Source: Prasinococcaceae sp. CCMP 1430 (Eukaryota > Plantae > Prasinodermophyta). From it: a stretch of DNA of 64,000 nt. Both the position numbers and the translations under genes were made by a program. Below the pieces are notes generated by a model, which was not told the origin of the DNA, made no database searches, and was given only the letters and a program-made list of their open reading frames with translations. The stretch lies in assembly GCA_013416795.1 (NCBI GenBank), contig RQSC01000152.1:1-64000 (forward strand), in the 5' to 3' direction. Positions 60,733 through 64,000 of this stretch are shown here, piece by piece. How positions within the stretch are numbered: position 1 is the first letter of the stretch; every line of letters starts with the position of its first letter.

Positions 60733-63678
60733 ATGCGACACCGGCGCGAGCGCGCGGAAGCAATTTCGGGGGCGCGACGGGCCGCGCGCGGTGCGCCGCG
60801 GCACTCCGCGCGCGCCGAGCGCGCCCTCCTCCCCACAGCGGTCGCCGCCGCGGCCGCCGCAGCGCTGCTTGCGGCGCCCCTCGGCGCTCGCGCGTTCAAG
60901 GCACACGAGTTCAAGAAGTGCGCCGACGCGGGCTTCTGCGCGCGCCACCGCGAGCGCGAGGCGCGCGCCGAGGGAGAGAGCTACAGGCTGGAGGCATGGA
61001 GGGGGGCGGGAGCGGGCACCCAGGCGGGCGCCCTGCCAGCAGCGGTGGGCGTCGTGCCCGCGGCCGCGCTCGACGGTGCGACGCTGCGCGCGTGGGTCGT
61101 CGATAGTGCCGGGGCGAAGCTTGCGCTCGACGTGACGCCCTATGACGGCGGGTATGCGCGCGTGCGTCTGGACGAGGCGGAACAGCCTAGGTACCAGGTG
61201 CCCGACGTGCTCGCTGCCGACCTCGGCGCGCACGCAGCCGCACCGGCCGCGGGCGTGGTGACGACGGTGGCAGATGGCAGCGGCAGGCTCGTGACGATTG
61301 TCCCGCTACCTCCGAGTGCGGGGCGGAGCGGCAACGGCCGCCCCTGCACTCTGCGGCTGGCGCACTCGCCGCTCGTTGTTGAGCTGTCGTGCGGCGGCGA
61401 GGCGCTCGTGACGCTGAACGCAGCCAACAGGCTCGAGTTCGAGCGCACGCGCGCGGAACCCGACCCGGATCGCGACGAGGAGGGCATGTGGGCGGAGACG
61501 TTCCGCGGGCACGAGGACACCAAGCCGCACGGGCCACAGGCTGTTGCGATCGATGTGGAGTTCCCGGGTGCAAAGCACATGTACGGCATCCCGGAGCATG
61601 CGACGTCACTGGCCCTCAAGCCCACGAAGCGCGGCGTCAGCGGCGAATCCCTAGGCGAGCCGTACCGCCTGTACAACCTGGACGTGTTCGAGTATCTTGC
61701 GGATTCGCCTTTCGGTCTCTACGGGTCCATTCCGCTGCTGCTCGCGCACTCGGCGCGCGGCGGCACGGCGGGCCTGTTCTGGTTCAACGCGGCCGAAATG
61801 TTCGTGGACGTGCACGAGCCGACCGACGCCGGAAGCAGCGCGCACTGGATGACCGAGTCCGGCGTGATGGATCTCTTCCTGTTCCCAGGCCCAGACATGG
61901 ACGCCGTGTGGCGCCAGTACGCGCAGGTGACCTCGCCGACCTCGCTGCCGCCGCTCTTCGCGATCGCGTACCACCAATGCCGCTGGAACTACAAAGACGA
62001 GGCGGACGTCGCCGCTGTCGACGCCGGCTTCGACGAACATGACATTCCGTACGACGTCCTGTGGCTCGACATCGAACACACCAATGGCAAGCGCTACATG
62101 ACGTGGGACTCACGCCACTTCCCCAGCCCGCGCCGCATGCAGGAGGAGATCGCCGCCAAGCGCAGGCGCATGGTGACCATCGTGGATCCGCACGTCAAGC
62201 GCGACCCGGGCTTTCCCATGCACAAGGAGGCAATGGAGAAGAATCTCTACGTCAAAGATAAGGCGGGCAAGGACTTCGATGGCTGGTGCTGGCCGGGCAG
62301 CAGCTCGTACCTCGACGTTGTGTCCAAGGAGGTGCGCGATTGGTGGGCGACCAAGTTCTCCTTCGAGGACTACGTGGGCTCCACTTCCAACCTGTTCATC
62401 TGGAACGACATGAATGAGCCCTCGGTCTTCAATGGTCCCGAGGTGACCATGCAGAAGGACAATCTGCACTGGGGCGGCGCCGTGGGCGACGCATCGTCGC
62501 AGGTCGAGCATCGTGACGTGCACAACGCGTTTGGCCTGTACTACCACATGGCGACCGCCGAGGGCTTGCGCCGGCGCAGCGAGGGTACGCAGCGCCCCTT
62601 CGTGCTCAGCCGTGCGTTCTTCTCGGGCACACAGAAGGTGGGGCCCATCTGGACGGGCGACAACACCGCCGACTGGGACCACCTCGCGGTTTCCATCCCA
62701 ATGCTCACCACCCTGTCTCTCACCGGCCTGCCCTTCTCAGGCGCTGATGTGGGCGGCTTCTTCAACAACCCAGACGCCGAGCTGCTCACGCGCTGGTACC
62801 AACTGGGTACGTACTACCCCTTCTTCCGCGGCCACGCCCACCAGGAGACAAAGAGGCGCGAGCCGTGGCTCTTCGGCGAGCCCTACACCGGGCACATCCG
62901 CGCGGCCATCAGGGAGCGCTACGCGCTGCTGCCGTACATATACACCCTCTTCTGGGGCGCGGCAAAGAATGGCACAGGCATCATGAACCCTATGTGGGTC
63001 GAGTTCCCGCAGGACGAGAGCACTTTTGCACTCGAGGACCAATTTATGATAGGAAGCAGCATCATGGTGGCGCCGGTCCTGAAGGCGGGTGTGAGCGCCG
63101 TGACGCCTGTCTTTCCCGCGGGCAGCACGTGGTACCACTTTCCGTCGGGTGAGGCATTCCCGCGCGGTTGGGGCCGGGGCGGCAACACCGTGCGCGTGAA
63201 TCTTGGCGACGTCCCGGTGTTCTACCGCGCCGGCGCGATTGTGCCTCGCCGCGAGCGCGCGCGTCGCTCCAGCGACGCAATGACGGCGGACCCGTACACG
63301 CTCATCGTCTGCGCCGACGATGAGGACAACGCTGAGGGCGTGCTCTACCTCGACGACGGTAGCAGCTACGCCTTCGAGCAGGGCGCGTACGCACTGGTGC
63401 GCTTCTCGCTGGCCCGCGAGTCGCCGACGCTGCTCAAGCTCAGCGGCGGGGTCGTGGATGGCACCCTTGACAGCGAGCTGTCCATCGAGCGCATCGTGCT
63501 CCTCGGCGTGGGAAGCGTCACCAAGGTGGCGCTCGCAGGCTCGGGCGAGGAGCTGACGTCGTTCTCGGGGCCTGCCCTCATGCGCACGGGCGTTCCGGCG
63601 AACGCTGTGGTCATCAAGAAGCCCGACGTCCGCGTCACCTCGTCGTTTGGGATTGACATCGAGGTCAAAGCATCTTAG
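60733..63678 (+). CDS. GANAB: ER glucosidase II alpha subunit (GH31)
   Basis: Signal-like helix then FKAHEFKKCADAGFCARHR, PYRLYNLDVFEY, LWLDIEHT, nucleophile WNDMNEPSVF, WTGDN, YPFFRGHAH and RREPWLF. Confidence 0.97.
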   Translation: MRHRRERAEAISGARRAARGAPRHSARAERALLPTAVAAAAAAALLAAPLGARAFKAHEFKKCADAGFCARHREREARAEGESYRLEAWRGAGAGTQAGALPAAVGVVPAAALDGATLRAWVVDSAGAKLALDVTPYDGGYARVRLDEAEQPRYQVPDVLAADLGAHAAAPAAGVVTTVADGSGRLVTIVPLPPSAGRSGNGRPCTLRLAHSPLVVELSCGGEALVTLNAANRLEFERTRAEPDPDRDEEGMWAETFRGHEDTKPHGPQAVAIDVEFPGAKHMYGIPEHATSLALKPTKRGVSGESLGEPYRLYNLDVFEYLADSPFGLYGSIPLLLAHSARGGTAGLFWFNAAEMFVDVHEPTDAGSSAHWMTESGVMDLFLFPGPDMDAVWRQYAQVTSPTSLPPLFAIAYHQCRWNYKDEADVAAVDAGFDEHDIPYDVLWLDIEHTNGKRYMTWDSRHFPSPRRMQEEIAAKRRRMVTIVDPHVKRDPGFPMHKEAMEKNLYVKDKAGKDFDGWCWPGSSSYLDVVSKEVRDWWATKFSFEDYVGSTSNLFIWNDMNEPSVFNGPEVTMQKDNLHWGGAVGDASSQVEHRDVHNAFGLYYHMATAEGLRRRSEGTQRPFVLSRAFFSGTQKVGPIWTGDNTADWDHLAVSIPMLTTLSLTGLPFSGADVGGFFNNPDAELLTRWYQLGTYYPFFRGHAHQETKRREPWLFGEPYTGHIRAAIRERYALLPYIYTLFWGAAKNGTGIMNPMWVEFPQDESTFALEDQFMIGSSIMVAPVLKAGVSAVTPVFPAGSTWYHFPSGEAFPRGWGRGGNTVRVNLGDVPVFYRAGAIVPRRERARRSSDAMTADPYTLIVCADDEDNAEGVLYLDDGSSYAFEQGAYALVRFSLARESPTLLKLSGGVVDGTLDSELSIERIVLLGVGSVTKVALAGSGEELTSFSGPALMRTGVPANAVVIKKPDVRVTSSFGIDIEVKAS

Positions 63679-64000
63679 CGCTATAGGAGTCAACCTCATG
63701 CACACGCGATAACTATTAATTGGATGGGTGGTGTACAAGTGAGCGCGAGCGCGAGCACAAGCACCCCTCCACCCCCACCCCACCCCACCTCACCCCACCC
63801 CATCCCACCCCTACGGCTGCGGCCCGGCCGCACCACACGGGCGCGAGCGCGCGCGCACTGTGGCGCGCGCATGCCTTCGAACGAACTTGCTGCTGTTCAA
63901 ATCCGCACATCGCGACAGGCTGAGGAGTGAAGATCTTTTCGGCGCGACGGGGGCGGGAAAATGCGCACCGGCGCGGGGCGAGCGCGCAGGGGTGCGCCGC

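Noticed and set aside
274-63678. Apparent enrichment of ER/Golgi genes (Jagunal, GRIP, PIG-W, LAG1, hydroxylase, COG5, VASt, glucosidase II) as a functional cluster
   Set aside because: They are scattered among unrelated genes on both strands and act in different pathways. About 8 of 38 is plausible by chance.

Overview
Gene-dense, very GC-rich and CpG-rich eukaryotic nuclear DNA, not a prokaryotic or viral window. Evidence: GT-AG introns with a strong CTGAC branch motif, repeated TGTAA (UGUAA) signals downstream of stop codons, and plastid, mitochondrial and secretory targeting peptides. Together these point to a compact green-algal (prasinophyte-grade) genome; the taxon is an inference. About 38 protein-coding loci are visible. 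Most are recognisable housekeeping genes: Jagunal, organellar uS15, HemW, cyclin T/K, RPN11, GRIP golgin, MATE, PIG-W, LAG1 ceramide synthase, MED31, hexose-6-phosphate epimerase, COG5, RUNKEL/ULK4, EF-Ts, a HAD-IIA phosphatase and glucosidase II alpha. I found no tRNA, rRNA, CRISPR array or transposase, and no multi-gene novel system that I can support. The best leads are single loci: a bacterial-type CybB/superoxide-oxidase-like cytochrome b561 with a mitochondrial-type presequence, an HMG-box plus histone-fold fusion, a rhodanese-like plus SAM-methyltransferase fusion, a prokaryote/virus-style stand-alone cytidylyltransferase that carries an intron, a Gly-Tyr/Pro-rich type I surface protein, and hidden exons inside a (CA)n satellite whose two alternative donors give different reading frames. 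The assembly has a 231-N gap, three single Ns that look like contig joins, and a few apparent indels. Family calls come from motif recognition by eye; no database searches were run.
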